DNA of 64,000 bases from an uncultured Desulfosarcina sp. (lineage in GTDB: Bacteria > Desulfobacterota > Desulfobacteria > Desulfobacterales > Desulfosarcinaceae), in NCBI GenBank assembly GCA_963674945.2, contig CAXXWQ010000003.1, forward strand, positions 1,408,001-1,472,000, given 5' to 3'. This document shows, one piece after another, positions 53,576 to 64,000 of this stretch. Numbering within the stretch: position 1 is the stretch's first letter; every line of letters begins with the position of its first letter. The position numbers and the translations under genes were made by a program. The notes under the pieces were generated by a model. The model searched no databases. It was not told the origin of the DNA and saw only the letters and a list, made by a program, of their open reading frames with translations.

Positions 53576-53614
53576 TGCCGTTTCTCTTTTCAGGTTTTTC
53601 AAGATGGACGCACG

Positions 53615-55420
53615 CTAATCGGCGAAACAGGCCGGATCCATCTCCAGGGTAATCGGATCGGTATCCAGCAGCCGTTCGATCAATGCCCTGGTCTTGGGCA
53701 GTTCGTAGTGAAAGTAATAGCGGCCGGTGTGCCACTTGCCTTCATAAAACCGTTTTTCGGATTTGGAAAGGTTTGCCGAAAGCCTTTGGTCGGCGGCTAT
53801 CATCTGGAGCAGCCACTGCCAGGCGACGGTCACCAGGGAGAAGTATTCCAGGTACAAGGTGGCATCGGCCAGGTAAACGGCCGTTCCATTCGAAGCGGCG
53901 CGCGATGTGAGTGTCTCGGTAACCTCTACCAGCCGGGTGAGGGCACGATCCAACCGGTCGACATAGGGTTCCAGGCGGTCGGTTTCACGTGCCCTGGAGA
54001 GGGCACCTCGAACCTCTTCAACGAAAAAGGTGAACGCCTTTCCGTCCGCCATTCTCACCTTTCGCCCCAAAAGGTCCATCCCTTGAATGCCGGTGGTGCC
54101 TTCGTGGATGGGATGAATGCGGGTGTCACGAAAGTACTGCTCAACGGGAAAATCTTCGCAGTAGCCGTATCCGCCCAGGCACTGGATCGCCATGCTGGTG
54201 GAAAGAACACTGGTTTCGGAAGGGTAGGATTTGGCCACGGGGGTGAGTAGATCAAGCAGCAGGGCCGCCCTTTCCTTCTCCTTTCCTTCCAGTACGTGTT
54301 CGAGGTCTGCGTACAAGCAGCACTGCATGAGAAGACAGTGGGCACCCTCCACGAAGGCACGCTGAAACAAGAGCATTCGCTTCACATCGGCGTGCCGGAT
54401 GATGGGCACCTGGGGGCTGGCAAGATCTTTTTCGCCGATGACACGGCCCTGGGGGCGCTTTCGGGCATACTCCAGTGCCGCGTAGTAGGCGGCCGTGGAG
54501 ATCGCCGCGGCGCCGGCGCCGACACCGATCCGGCTGCTGTTCATCATCTGGAACATGTAGGCCAACCCGTTGTTGGCCGATCCCACCAGATAACCCCGGC
54601 AATCATCCTTGTCTCCCATACTCAATTCGGTGATGGGGGTGCCCCGGTAGCCCATCTTGTGGTAAATCTGGGTGACGGTGACGTCGTTTTCTTCAAGACC
54701 GCCATCACCGGTGGGACGTTTGCGGGGAACGATGAAAAGGGAAATTCCCTTGACACCCGCCGGCGCGCCCTCGATTTTTGCCAGCATCAGGTGCACGATG
54801 TTGTCCACGCCGTCGTGATCGCCGGCGGAGATGAAGATCTTCTGGCCGCTGATATGGTAGAACCCCTTGTCGGTCGGGACGGCGGTGGTGGTGATATCGG
54901 CCAGGCTGCTGCCGGCCTGGGGTTCGGTCAAGGCCATGGTGCCCTGCCATTTGCCGCTGAGCATATGCGGCACGTAGGTTTCGATCTGCTCTGGACTTCC
55001 GAAGGAGGTGATCAGGCGGGCCGCCTTGGACGTCAGCCCCGCATAGGCGGCGGCCGCATAATTGGCCGCGCAAAAGACGAACTGGTAGCAATCGGAGATC
55101 ATGTGGGGCAGCTGTTCGCCGTCGAATTTTTCATCGAATCTGGCGGCGATCCATCCTCCCTCGCCAAATGCCCGCATCAGGGACCGGACCGATGGGTGGA
55201 CCTTGACGCGACCGTTCTCCATCACGGGTTGCCTGCGATCCATCTCCTCGCATACCGGATACAATAGGTCTTTGGCCATCTTGATGCCGGCGTCCAGGAT
55301 CATGTCGAAGGTCTTCTTGTTGTGCTGGGAAAAATAAGGGTACCGGGTCAGCTCGACGATGTCGAAGACCTCGTAGAGCAAAAACTGCAGGTTGCGTTTG
55401 CTGACGAACTTGGATGTCAT
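53615..55420 (-). CDS. Long-form acyl-CoA dehydrogenase (~600 aa)
   Basis: [36 protein letters not shown]. Confidence 0.93.
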   Translation of the reverse strand: MTSKFVSKRNLQFLLYEVFDIVELTRYPYFSQHNKKTFDMILDAGIKMAKDLLYPVCEEMDRRQPVMENGRVKVHPSVRSLMRAFGEGGWIAARFDEKFDGEQLPHMISDCYQFVFCAANYAAAAYAGLTSKAARLITSFGSPEQIETYVPHMLSGKWQGTMALTEPQAGSSLADITTTAVPTDKGFYHISGQKIFISAGDHDGVDNIVHLMLAKIEGAPAGVKGISLFIVPRKRPTGDGGLEENDVTVTQIYHKMGYRGTPITELSMGDKDDCRGYLVGSANNGLAYMFQMMNSSRIGVGAGAAAISTAAYYAALEYARKRPQGRVIGEKDLASPQVPIIRHADVKRMLLFQRAFVEGAHCLLMQCCLYADLEHVLEGKEKERAALLLDLLTPVAKSYPSETSVLSTSMAIQCLGGYGYCEDFPVEQYFRDTRIHPIHEGTTGIQGMDLLGRKVRMADGKAFTFFVEEVRGALSRARETDRLEPYVDRLDRALTRLVEVTETLTSRAASNGTAVYLADATLYLEYFSLVTVAWQWLLQMIAADQRLSANLSKSEKRFYEGKWHTGRYYFHYELPKTRALIERLLDTDPITLEMDPACFAD

Positions 55421-55484
55421 TGTATCGATACCTATGGGCGTAGGTGTACCATGAGTGAATCTGAAAATCCGTAGTAGTAGACCA

Positions 55485-58136
55485 CTAGAATGCCGATCGA
55501 AACAGCGCCGCAACGCCATCCGGACTCACCGGTGCCGGGTTGGTGAGGGTGGCTTCATCGGCCAGTGTCAATCCCACACATTGGGCAAGATGATTCTTCG
55601 CCACACCCAGTTCCCTCAGGTGCCTGGGGTGTCCGATGCGATGGAGCAATTCGGATACGGCATCCGCACCGGCCAATGCAAGGGCTTCGTCTCCATCTTC
55701 GCGACATCCCAGCGCCCGGGCGACCCGGGACAGTTTCTCGGGACGTGCCTTGGCATTAAAACGCATCACATGGGGAAGCAGAACGCCAATGGCCGATCCG
55801 TGATGCACGTGGCAAACCGCACCCAGCGCATGGGCCATGCCGTGGGTGAGTCCCGTCCCGGCGCTGGAGAATGCATACCCCGCCATGGCGGCGGCGATCT
55901 GCATCTGGGACCGCGCCTCGGCATCTTCCGGTGATGCCACGCATTTCGGCAGATACGCGGTGATCAACCGGATGGCTTGCAGGGCCATGCCTTCTGCCAC
56001 GGGATTGCCGAGTTTGCTCACTGCCGATTCGATGGCGTGGGAAAGCGCGTCCATGCCGGTGGCGGCGGTCAAACTGGCCGGCAATCCGGTCGTGGTCAAC
56101 GGATCGAGAATTGCCGTTTGCGGTATTATTTTATCGTCCAGGATATACACCTTGCGACCCAGATCGGTGTTGTGAATGACCGCCACATTGGTCACTTCGC
56201 TACCGGTTCCCGCCGTTGTAGGAACGACGAGATGGGGCAGCGGTTTGCCACGCATCATGAACATTCCGATGTGATCCATGGCCAATCCGCCGGCACCGAG
56301 ACATACTGCCGCGGCCTTGGCGGTGTCGATCACGCTCCCGCCTCCGATGCTCACGACGGCGTCCACACCGGCCTTGCGCCCCGCCGCGACAGCCCGGTCC
56401 ACCGTTTCCATGGAGGAGTCCGGCGGCACATCGGTGAATACCGCCTGCAGAAAAGAGCCCAGTGCGCCTTTCATTCGATCCAGGAGCCCGGCGCTTTCGA
56501 TACCCGGGTCACCGATCAGAAAAACGCGCCGGCCGCCCAGCCGCAGGATCTCCTCGGCCACGGCGGCGATTCGTCCGGGACCGATCAACAGTCGGGTGGG
56601 GCTGTTCCAGGCGAACAAGGTGGTATGCGGGTATGAGAGGAGCATCCGGTTTCCCAAACGGGCCACCGGTGCCCCCTCCGAGCTGACGTGGACATGTTTG
56701 ACTTCGGTGTATTCCGCCAGCCCGTATGTCCCCAGTTCCCGCCCGATGCCGCTTTGTTTATAACCGCCAAAGGGCATTCGGTCGGTAAAGACATGGTAGT
56801 CGTTGATCCACAAGGTTCCCGTGCGGACCTGGGCCGCCACCTTCTCGGCGCGGCCGATATCTTTGGACCAGACACCGCCCGCCAACCCGTACATGGAATC
56901 ATTGGCGATGGCGATGGCCTCCTCCTCGCTTTCGTATCGGATGACACTCAAGACAGGGCCGAAGATCTCCTCCCTGGCGATACGCATGTGGTTTTCCACA
57001 TCACTGAAAATCGTCGGCGCATAGTAAAATCCACCGGGATAGCCGTCCACTTCCACCCGGCACCCGCCGGTAACCAGTGTGGCCCCCTCTTCCTGGCCAA
57101 TGCGCACATACTTCTCTACATTTTCCAATTGTCTGGCACTCACCAGCGGCCCCATTTTGGTTCGCGGGTCCATCTGATAGCCCACCCGGATCTTCTCCGC
57201 CCGCGCCTTCAACCGGTCCAGGAATTCATCATGGATGGCGTCGGGAAGTAAAAGCCGTGTACCGGATTCACAGACCTGACCGGAATGGAGAAAACTGGCC
57301 AGGATCGCGCCATCCACGGCGGAATCCATATCGGCATCGTCCAGGACGATATTGGCGGACTTTCCCCCCAGTTCCAGGGTCACTTTTTTTATGCCGGCAG
57401 AGGCCATGGACATGATCCGGGCGCCCACCTGTGTGGAACCGGTAAAGGCGATCTTCTCCACCTTTGGATGGGTGCACAGCACCTGGCCCAACGCTTCTCC
57501 GGGACCGGAGATGACGTTGATGACGCCGGGAGGCACTTTTGAATCGGCAATGACGGCGGCCAGCGCCAGGGCGGAAAGCGGGGTTTCGCTGGCAGGCTTT
57601 ACGACCACGCTGTTTCCCATGACGGCCGCCATGGCAATCTTCCAGACGGCCATGACAAAGGGAAAATTCCAGGGAACGATCCCCACACAGACGCCAATGG
57701 GTTCGCGCCGGACATAATGGCGGCTGGGAAACCCGGGATTGCCGGCATCCGATGCGTTTTCGACCCAGGGGAATTCATTTTTCGCGATATTGGCGAGGTT
57801 GCGGATCAACATGGCACCGGTGATCAGATCCCACAGGGTCCGTCGCAGTATACCGCCACTGTCCATGGCTTCGATCATACCGATTTCGCCGGCGGCCAGA
57901 CGCAACCGATCACTCAGGTCCATCATGACCCGGGCGCGGTCGGCCGGTTGCATGTCGCGCCAGACCCCGCTTTCAAAGGACGCCGAAGCGGCCTCCACTG
58001 CATGCCGGGCATCGGATTTGTCGGCATATGCATAGGTGGCCACGACCTCTCTGGAACCGGGATCGACGCTTTCCCGGCGGCTGCCGCCGCAGGAATCGAC
58101 GAGGTCGCCACCAATGAGCATTCTGTAGTGTTTCAT
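55485..58136 (-). CDS. Fusion of a non-acylating aldehyde dehydrogenase and an iron-containing alcohol dehydrogenase
   Basis: N part: PWNFP, FTGS, LELGGKS, GQVC, EEIFGPV, PFGGYKQSG; C part: GGGSVID, PTTAGTGSE, DALSHAIE, HGMAH. Confidence 0.9.
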   Translation of the reverse strand: MKHYRMLIGGDLVDSCGGSRRESVDPGSREVVATYAYADKSDARHAVEAASASFESGVWRDMQPADRARVMMDLSDRLRLAAGEIGMIEAMDSGGILRRTLWDLITGAMLIRNLANIAKNEFPWVENASDAGNPGFPSRHYVRREPIGVCVGIVPWNFPFVMAVWKIAMAAVMGNSVVVKPASETPLSALALAAVIADSKVPPGVINVISGPGEALGQVLCTHPKVEKIAFTGSTQVGARIMSMASAGIKKVTLELGGKSANIVLDDADMDSAVDGAILASFLHSGQVCESGTRLLLPDAIHDEFLDRLKARAEKIRVGYQMDPRTKMGPLVSARQLENVEKYVRIGQEEGATLVTGGCRVEVDGYPGGFYYAPTIFSDVENHMRIAREEIFGPVLSVIRYESEEEAIAIANDSMYGLAGGVWSKDIGRAEKVAAQVRTGTLWINDYHVFTDRMPFGGYKQSGIGRELGTYGLAEYTEVKHVHVSSEGAPVARLGNRMLLSYPHTTLFAWNSPTRLLIGPGRIAAVAEEILRLGGRRVFLIGDPGIESAGLLDRMKGALGSFLQAVFTDVPPDSSMETVDRAVAAGRKAGVDAVVSIGGGSVIDTAKAAAVCLGAGGLAMDHIGMFMMRGKPLPHLVVPTTAGTGSEVTNVAVIHNTDLGRKVYILDDKIIPQTAILDPLTTTGLPASLTAATGMDALSHAIESAVSKLGNPVAEGMALQAIRLITAYLPKCVASPEDAEARSQMQIAAAMAGYAFSSAGTGLTHGMAHALGAVCHVHHGSAIGVLLPHVMRFNAKARPEKLSRVARALGCREDGDEALALAGADAVSELLHRIGHPRHLRELGVAKNHLAQCVGLTLADEATLTNPAPVSPDGVAALFRSAF

Positions 58137-58155
58137 TATCCCACGCAACTCCCTT

Positions 58156-59862
58156 TCATCTTCTCATCTGCTCTTCGCTTCTTTTCACGCCCTGTTCACC
58201 AGTCGGCGACAAGTTGCCGTCGGCGTATCGTTTTCGAATGGCTTTCTTGTCCATTTTGCCCACGCTGGTCTTGGGAATCTCGTCGAGGATCACGTATTTG
58301 TCCGGCACGGCGTATTTTGGAATCAATCCGTCGGATGCCGCCTTGGCCATATGTTCCTTTAATTGAGAAATCTCCAGGGCTTGTGTAAGATGCGGCTGAA
58401 GGACCACGATCATGAGCGGTCGTTCTCCCCATTTGGCATCGGGTATGCCGATGGCAGCGGATTCCATCACCGACGGATGCCGGCTCATGACATCTTCGAG
58501 ATCCAGTGACGAAATCCATTCGCCGCCGCTCTTGATCACATCCTTGATGCGGTCGGTGATTTTCAGATACCCTTCATCGTCTATGTGCCCGATGTCGCCA
58601 CTGTGCAACCAGCCATTGCGCCACAACTCGGCCGTTCTTTCCGGTTCCTTGTGGTAGGACATGGTAAGCCAGGGAGCACGCATCACCACCTCACCCGTCG
58701 ATTTACCATCATGGGGAAGCGGATTGTCTTCCGGATCGACGACTTCAATCTCCACCAGCGGCATGGGCACACCGGTCTTGGTGAGAATATCGATGCGCCG
58801 ATCCATATCCCACTCCATCATATGATCTTTGGGGCGGGCCACACTGACGACCGGACAGGTCTCCGACATCCCGTAACCGGCAACGATATCGATTCCCGCA
58901 TCCACCGCCATTTTTGCCAGTCCCCTGGAAAGGGGGGCACCGCCGATGCTGACCTTCCAATGGGAAATGTCCAGTTTCTGAACGGCCGGACTGGCGAGAA
59001 TCATCTGCAAAATGGTGGGCACGCAATGGGAGAAGGTGACTCTCTCGGTGAGAATCAAACGGAGCAGCATTTCGGGTTCGTACCTTCCCGGATAGACCTG
59101 TTTGGTGCCCAGCAACGTGGAAATATAAGGATAGCCCCAGGCATGGACGTGGAACATGGGGGTCAGGGGCATGTAGACGTCCCTGGAACGGAAACCGCCG
59201 ACATTTTCATAGCATCCGCTGCCCACCGCGATCCCCAGGGTGTGAAGAACCAACTGCCGGTGGGTGAAATGCACCCCTTTGGGATTGCCGGTCGTGCCGG
59301 TGGTATAAAACGTGGTGGCCTTGGTGTTTTCGTCCAGATCGGGAAAGTCAAAATGCGGCGCAGCATCGGCCAGCATATTCTCATACTCGCCATCCACCGG
59401 AAGATCGGTGATGGATGGTCCCTCTTTTTCGACCAGGGCGACGACCTTTCCAACGCTCGGCACTATGTCTCTGATCGCCTGCCAGATGGGCAGAAAGTCG
59501 GAGTGGATGAACAAGACCTTGGGTTCGGCATGATTTATGGTATACAGTGCCTGATCGGCGGAAAGCCGCCAGTTGACCATCTGCAACACGGCGCCCATCA
59601 TGGGTATGGCAAAGTAGGCTTCCAGGAAGCGGTGGCTGTCCCAGTCCATGAACGCCACCGTATCGCCCTGCCTTATCCCCAACCCGTTCAGGACGTTGGC
59701 CAGTCGGTGTACCCGCCGGACCATCTCCCGGTAGGTGAAACGAAACTGGTCACGGTAAAGGATCTTTTGGTCGGGCGCCACCACCATGGGCGTGGTCAGC
59801 AGCTTTTTGATGATTAACGGATAGTTGTAGCATTCTCCAGGCTGAAACGTTTTTTCACTCAT
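58156..59862 (-). CDS. Fatty acid--CoA ligase (AlkK-like)
   Basis: YTTGTTGNPKG, GYGMSET, WLHSGD, DRIKDVIKSGGE, PKTSVGK. Confidence 0.92.
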   Translation of the reverse strand: MSEKTFQPGECYNYPLIIKKLLTTPMVVAPDQKILYRDQFRFTYREMVRRVHRLANVLNGLGIRQGDTVAFMDWDSHRFLEAYFAIPMMGAVLQMVNWRLSADQALYTINHAEPKVLFIHSDFLPIWQAIRDIVPSVGKVVALVEKEGPSITDLPVDGEYENMLADAAPHFDFPDLDENTKATTFYTTGTTGNPKGVHFTHRQLVLHTLGIAVGSGCYENVGGFRSRDVYMPLTPMFHVHAWGYPYISTLLGTKQVYPGRYEPEMLLRLILTERVTFSHCVPTILQMILASPAVQKLDISHWKVSIGGAPLSRGLAKMAVDAGIDIVAGYGMSETCPVVSVARPKDHMMEWDMDRRIDILTKTGVPMPLVEIEVVDPEDNPLPHDGKSTGEVVMRAPWLTMSYHKEPERTAELWRNGWLHSGDIGHIDDEGYLKITDRIKDVIKSGGEWISSLDLEDVMSRHPSVMESAAIGIPDAKWGERPLMIVVLQPHLTQALEISQLKEHMAKAASDGLIPKYAVPDKYVILDEIPKTSVGKMDKKAIRKRYADGNLSPTGEQGVKRSEEQMRR

Positions 59863-59982
59863 GATGCCGGTCTCCTTCGCCTAGTTGCGCATCGCCGTAA
59901 AACTTCTCTTTGAATTGCATGCACGAACGGATTCCACACAATGGGTTGAACGCTGTCTCACCAGAGACATCGATCCCCGATC

Positions 59983-60747
59983 CTACTTCCCCTTGAACAC
60001 CGGTTTTCGTTTTTCGATGAAAGCGGCGAACCCCTCTTTTCGGTCTTCCGAAGCGCCCACGATTCTGGATCCCTCTTCTTCCACCGCCAGCCCCTTCTGC
60101 ATCCCCTCGTAGGTCCACGCCGAGACCGCTTTGAGGACACAGCTGACGGCGATCGGTGGTCGCGCGGCCAGACGTTCGGCAAAGGCCATGGCGTCTTCCA
60201 TCAGCGAAGCGGGGGAAGAGAGCTGATTGACCAGTCCGATCTCGAGCGCCTGCCGGGCATTGATGGTTCTGCTGAACAGCATCATATCCAAAGCCTTTGC
60301 CTTGCCCACCACCTGGGTCAATCGCTGGGTCCCGCCCCACCCGGGAATGATCCCCAGATTGAGCTCCGTCAGGCCGACGAAGACATCGGGACCATCGGCC
60401 AAGATGCGAAACTGACAGGCCAGGGCCAGTTCCAGACCGCCCCCCATGGCAAAACCGTTGATGGCGGCGATCACCGGCTTGGAAAAACGGTCGATCCGCG
60501 TCCACAACTCACGTCCCTTGGTGCTGATCTCGGAGGCATTGGCCGCATCTTTGACGTCGAAGCCGGCGGAAAAGCACCTCTCTCCGCTTCCCGTGATGAT
60601 CACTACCCGGACATCGTCATCCTTTTTCACCGTTTCCACGGCCTCTTCAAAGGCCTTCATGGTTGCAAGGTCCCAGGCGTTTGCCGGCGGATGGTCAATG
60701 GTAAGAATGGCGATCTGCCCTCTTTTCTCCACAAGGATGTTTTCCAT
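59983..60747 (-). CDS. Enoyl-CoA hydratase (crotonase)
   Basis: FSAGFD, GGGLELALAC, ELNLGIIPGWGGTQRL. Confidence 0.93.
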   Translation of the reverse strand: MENILVEKRGQIAILTIDHPPANAWDLATMKAFEEAVETVKKDDDVRVVIITGSGERCFSAGFDVKDAANASEISTKGRELWTRIDRFSKPVIAAINGFAMGGGLELALACQFRILADGPDVFVGLTELNLGIIPGWGGTQRLTQVVGKAKALDMMLFSRTINARQALEIGLVNQLSSPASLMEDAMAFAERLAARPPIAVSCVLKAVSAWTYEGMQKGLAVEEEGSRIVGASEDRKEGFAAFIEKRKPVFKGK

Positions 60748-60842
60748 CTCTCTTCCTGTCTGCTTTTATGTCGTTATTTGTATTTTCATTCCGCTTTTTC
60801 GTCTACTTCATGTAATTGCCATGGATCAGTTGTATCCAATAG

Positions 60843-60858
60843 AGCAATTTTGCTGCCA
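60843..60858 (-). promoter_or_regulatory. Sigma-54 (-24/-12) promoter of the beta-oxidation cluster
   Basis: Minus strand TGGCAGCAAAATTGCT, about 95 bp before the crotonase start. Confidence 0.6.
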
Positions 60859-61092
60859 TAGGGATTGCGCACATGGAAAAAGAGAACAATGGGTCTTGTT
60901 TTACGTGTTTGCGATGGATTCTCACTATTTGCCGGAGACGGTCAAAAATGAGTGCGAAATGTATAGCTTTATGGACATTTGGCATATTATCATGGATAAC
61001 ATGCTGTAAGGATATTATTTTTTATGGGATGACGAGAAACATCTACATGTATAGGTTCACCTTCATTTTCCTTCCGGTGAGGCGGCGATCGC

Positions 61093-61869
61093 CTACCTGC
61101 TTTCCGCCCCGCCTTTGGTAAACCGGCGTTGGAGCCGTTGCATTCCGCCGACCCAGCGATCATAGTCCGCCGTTTTTCGTTGCATGTAGGTTCGCACTTC
61201 CGGGTGCGGAAGAATCATGAACCGATTCTCGCAAAGTCCCTGAATCACGTGATCGGCCACGATCTCGGGTTCGAGCATGCCGTCCACGGCGGCGACACCG
61301 CCGCCCCGACGCGTCATGGCGGTCCGAACGGCCTGCGGGCAGATCACGGAAACCCGAATCCCGCAGTCACCATAGGTGATGGCCAGATTCTCCGCCAACC
61401 CCACCGCGGCGTGTTTCGTCACCGAGTACGGAGCCGATCCGATCTGGCTGAGCAGGCCCGCTGCCGAGGCGGTGATGATCAGCCTGCCACCGCCGCGACG
61501 GAGCATTTCCGGTACCATCGCTCTGGCTGCATAGACATGGGCCATTACATTGATTTCCCAAATCGTCTGCCATTTTTCATTGGGAACATCGATGTCCCCT
61601 TTGATCATGATGCCCGCGTTGGAACAAAAGATGTCGATGGGCCCCAAACGCGATTGTGCCTCCTGTACCAGGCGGATCATTTCGGCTTCCTTTGCAACAT
61701 CGCAGCCGAACCCCGTGCCGCCGATCTCCCGGGCGACTTTTTGTGCGTCCCCTTCATCGATGTCGGCGACTGCCACCTTGGCCCCGTCCCTGGCGAATCG
61801 TCGGCACAACGCCTCCCCAATGCCGCCGCCACCGCCGGTGACCGCTACGACTTTTCCTGAAATGTTCAT
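61093..61869 (-). CDS. SDR family oxidoreductase
   Basis: TGGGGGIG, SNAG, YSVTK. Confidence 0.9.
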   Translation of the reverse strand: MNISGKVVAVTGGGGGIGEALCRRFARDGAKVAVADIDEGDAQKVAREIGGTGFGCDVAKEAEMIRLVQEAQSRLGPIDIFCSNAGIMIKGDIDVPNEKWQTIWEINVMAHVYAARAMVPEMLRRGGGRLIITASAAGLLSQIGSAPYSVTKHAAVGLAENLAITYGDCGIRVSVICPQAVRTAMTRRGGGVAAVDGMLEPEIVADHVIQGLCENRFMILPHPEVRTYMQRKTADYDRWVGGMQRLQRRFTKGGAESR

Positions 61870-62085
61870 GCTTCTTCCTGATTCATTGGTTATGAATCTC
61901 CGATCACCTGCAGAGCAGGTGGTTTGATTCGGCCCACTCGAAGAGGATTAAAATCCAGACCGATAAACGCCGAACATCGAACGTCCATAAATAACTTCTG
62001 CCGATTGAGTGTCTCGCCGGACCGGACCGAACCTCTCCGGGTCGCTCTGGCAGAGTCCGAAGTTCAATCCGCTGTAACTTTACTT

Positions 62086-62844
62086 CTACGCCAGCGCGCC
62101 CCCATCACAGGTAATGGTCGTACCCGTCGTAAAACTGGCCGCATCGGAAACCAGGTAGAGAACCGCTCCGGCCATTTCCTCCGGTATGGCATGCCGCTGC
62201 ATGGGAATACGGGACAGCGCACGTTGGTAGATCGACTCATTTTCGATCAGCGCTTCCGAAAATTTCGTCGCGGTCAATCCAGGCAGCAGTGCGTTCACGC
62301 GGATCTTCTTCTCCGCCAGTTCCTTGGCATAGGCCTTGGTCATGGCAATCACACCGGCCTTGGTGATGGAATAGATCCCCTGCATGGGTGCGGGACTGAC
62401 GCCGTTGATGGAGGCCACGTTGACGATGCTACCACCGCCGCCGGCGGCCATCAGTTCGGATGCCTTCTGGATCAGGAAAAAAGGTCCTTTGAGATTGACA
62501 TCCAGGGTTTTATTCCAGGCCGATTCGGGAGCCTTGGTCATGGGACCGAAATAGGGATTGGTCGCCGCGTTGTTGATCAGGATGTCGAGCCTCCCGTAGG
62601 TGTCTTTCACCCGCTCGACCAGTTGCTCGATGCGGGAGAGATCCCCCATATGACAGGCGAAACCGTCGGCCCTGCCGCCGCCGGCGTGGATTTTTTTCTG
62701 TACGGCTTCCAGGCCTTGTGTCTTTCGGCTAACGAGAACGCACGATGCGCCGCACCGGGCCAGCGCAACGGCAATGGCTTCTCCGATTCCTCTGCTGGCG
62801 CCGGTGATCAGGGCAATTTTCTCTTCCAGGTTGAATGAGATCAT
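62086..62844 (-). CDS. SDR family oxidoreductase (DHRS4-like)
   Basis: TGASRGIG, NNAATNPYFG, YSITK. Confidence 0.9.
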   Translation of the reverse strand: MISFNLEEKIALITGASRGIGEAIAVALARCGASCVLVSRKTQGLEAVQKKIHAGGGRADGFACHMGDLSRIEQLVERVKDTYGRLDILINNAATNPYFGPMTKAPESAWNKTLDVNLKGPFFLIQKASELMAAGGGGSIVNVASINGVSPAPMQGIYSITKAGVIAMTKAYAKELAEKKIRVNALLPGLTATKFSEALIENESIYQRALSRIPMQRHAIPEEMAGAVLYLVSDAASFTTGTTITCDGGALA

Positions 62845-62854
62845 CTTCGTCCTT

Positions 62855-63859
62855 TCATTCAGGGTCGTTTTCTTTTGCTTCGTCTGTCGGGCAGGCATCC
62901 ACCACCAGTTGGATGAAGGGCACAAGTTCTTCTACGATACAGATGTCGGCTTCGGAAAAAATGGGAGCGTGGGGGTCGGTGTTGATCGCCACCACGAATC
63001 CGGCCCCGCGCATTCCCACTCTATGCTGGGCGGCACCCGAAATGCCACAGGCAATATAGAGCGCCGGCGAAACCGTGGCACCGGTAACGCCGATCTGCCG
63101 CTCGTATCCGAGCCAATTCTGATCGCAGACCAGGCGGGTGCCGCCGACGGCCGCCTTGGGAAACAGCGCCGCCAGCCGCCTGATCCATAGGAGGTTTTCC
63201 TGTCCGCCGATTCCCATGCCGGCAGCCACGATAACCCTTGCATCGTTGAAATCGGCGGTTTGGGTCATCGGTTCCAGGTAACCGAGAAATTGTGTGGTGG
63301 CGGGCGGTTCATTGCTTTCGATTACGGTGACAGTACCGGGCAGCCCGCCATCGTTGCCCTTTGGCCGAAAGCTGCCGGGTTGTACCGTCACCAGGGTGAT
63401 TCCGTCTTTCGGTCCATAGCGGCCTTTGACCTTGCCGCCGAGCAGATCCTTATACAAAGAGATGGCACCGTCGGTACAATCGACCCGATCCACACCGGTG
63501 ATGCAGCCGGCACCGATGTCCACGGCAACCGACGGCACCCATTCCGCACCAAAGGCGTTATCCGCCGCAAGAACGTATGACGGCAACGCTTCCTGGATCC
63601 GCGGTCCGAGGATCCGACGATAGGCCTCGTGGGTGTAGTCGGCAAGCACCGGGTCGGATATAACGGTCACATCATAACCGCTGCCACAGGCGATCTCTCT
63701 GGCCGCGTCATTCACTTCCCATCCGAGGATCACCACCCGGACGGTGCACGGTGTTTGCTCCCGAATGCGTTCCGCCATCCCCAAAGGGGCCTCGGCTCCT
63801 GCAGCAATACGGCCGCCGACGCTTTCCATGACGATTACAATATCACAATGATTTGGCAT
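62855..63859 (-). CDS. etfA: Electron transfer flavoprotein alpha subunit
   Basis: QIGVTGATVSPALYIACGISGAAQHRVGM, AINTDPHAPIF. Confidence 0.93.
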   Translation of the reverse strand: MPNHCDIVIVMESVGGRIAAGAEAPLGMAERIREQTPCTVRVVILGWEVNDAAREIACGSGYDVTVISDPVLADYTHEAYRRILGPRIQEALPSYVLAADNAFGAEWVPSVAVDIGAGCITGVDRVDCTDGAISLYKDLLGGKVKGRYGPKDGITLVTVQPGSFRPKGNDGGLPGTVTVIESNEPPATTQFLGYLEPMTQTADFNDARVIVAAGMGIGGQENLLWIRRLAALFPKAAVGGTRLVCDQNWLGYERQIGVTGATVSPALYIACGISGAAQHRVGMRGAGFVVAINTDPHAPIFSEADICIVEELVPFIQLVVDACPTDEAKENDPE

Positions 63860-64000
63860 GATCGGATAAAAACGCCTTGTCTTGTAAAATGGCAATCAAC
63901 GTCTCTGCCTTTTCCTCAGCCGTTCCCTTCAGCACATTTCCCGTTCTGGATCGTTGCGGCATGAACGTTCCCATGAACGAAGGGATGGAAGCCGTGGTTG
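63843..64000 (-). CDS. etfB: Probable ETF beta subunit, C-terminal end only
   Basis: Manual translation ...RTGNVLKGTAEEKAETLIAILQDKAFL...; overlaps the etfA start. Confidence 0.6.
   Translation of the reverse strand, partial: TTASIPSFMGTFMPQRSRTGNVLKGTAEEKAETLIAILQDKAFLSDHAKSL

Noticed and set aside
53615..60747. DmdBCD methylmercaptopropionate pathway
   Set aside because: The families overlap, but thiolase and 3-hydroxyacyl-CoA dehydrogenase favour general beta-oxidation; cannot be resolved by eye
1..64000. CRISPR arrays, rRNA, tRNA, transposases, prophage genes
   Set aside because: No regularly spaced repeats or matching motifs seen by eye; short RNAs could have been missed

Overview
Bacterial chromosomal DNA. 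The gene content (multiheme cytochromes, hybrid kinases, MCP, CoA-dependent catabolism, DsrE) suggests an anaerobic deltaproteobacterium such as Desulfobacterota; this is an inference. The left 20 kb is a mosaic accessory region: three cation antiporters, an Mla/Pqi-type ABC operon lacking its permease, a vapBC pair with a nonsense codon in vapC, a GNAT gene followed by an attC-like 58-bp site, a diguanylate cyclase, methyltransferases, a PPi-type Pfk behind a sigma-54 promoter, an exported caspase-like protein and two phospholipase-like genes. The middle holds two flavin oxidoreductases, a module of two periplasmic binding proteins and two hybrid kinases, an MCP preceded by a His-less DHp-like mini-protein, a sulfatase/HAD pair, a cluster of gene remnants, Lrp-azlCD, trmO and a tetraheme plus octaheme HAO-family cytochrome pair. 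The right 17 kb is a minus-strand beta-oxidation cluster with a sigma-54 promoter, containing a fusion of non-acylating ALDH and Fe-ADH, a fused CoA-transferase and a DUF362 Fe-S protein, next to an etfBA-SDR-SDR unit. Two diverged copies of a ~110-120 bp palindromic intergenic element are present. No rRNA, tRNA, CRISPR array, integrase or transposase was recognised. All family calls come from motif recognition by eye, not database searches.
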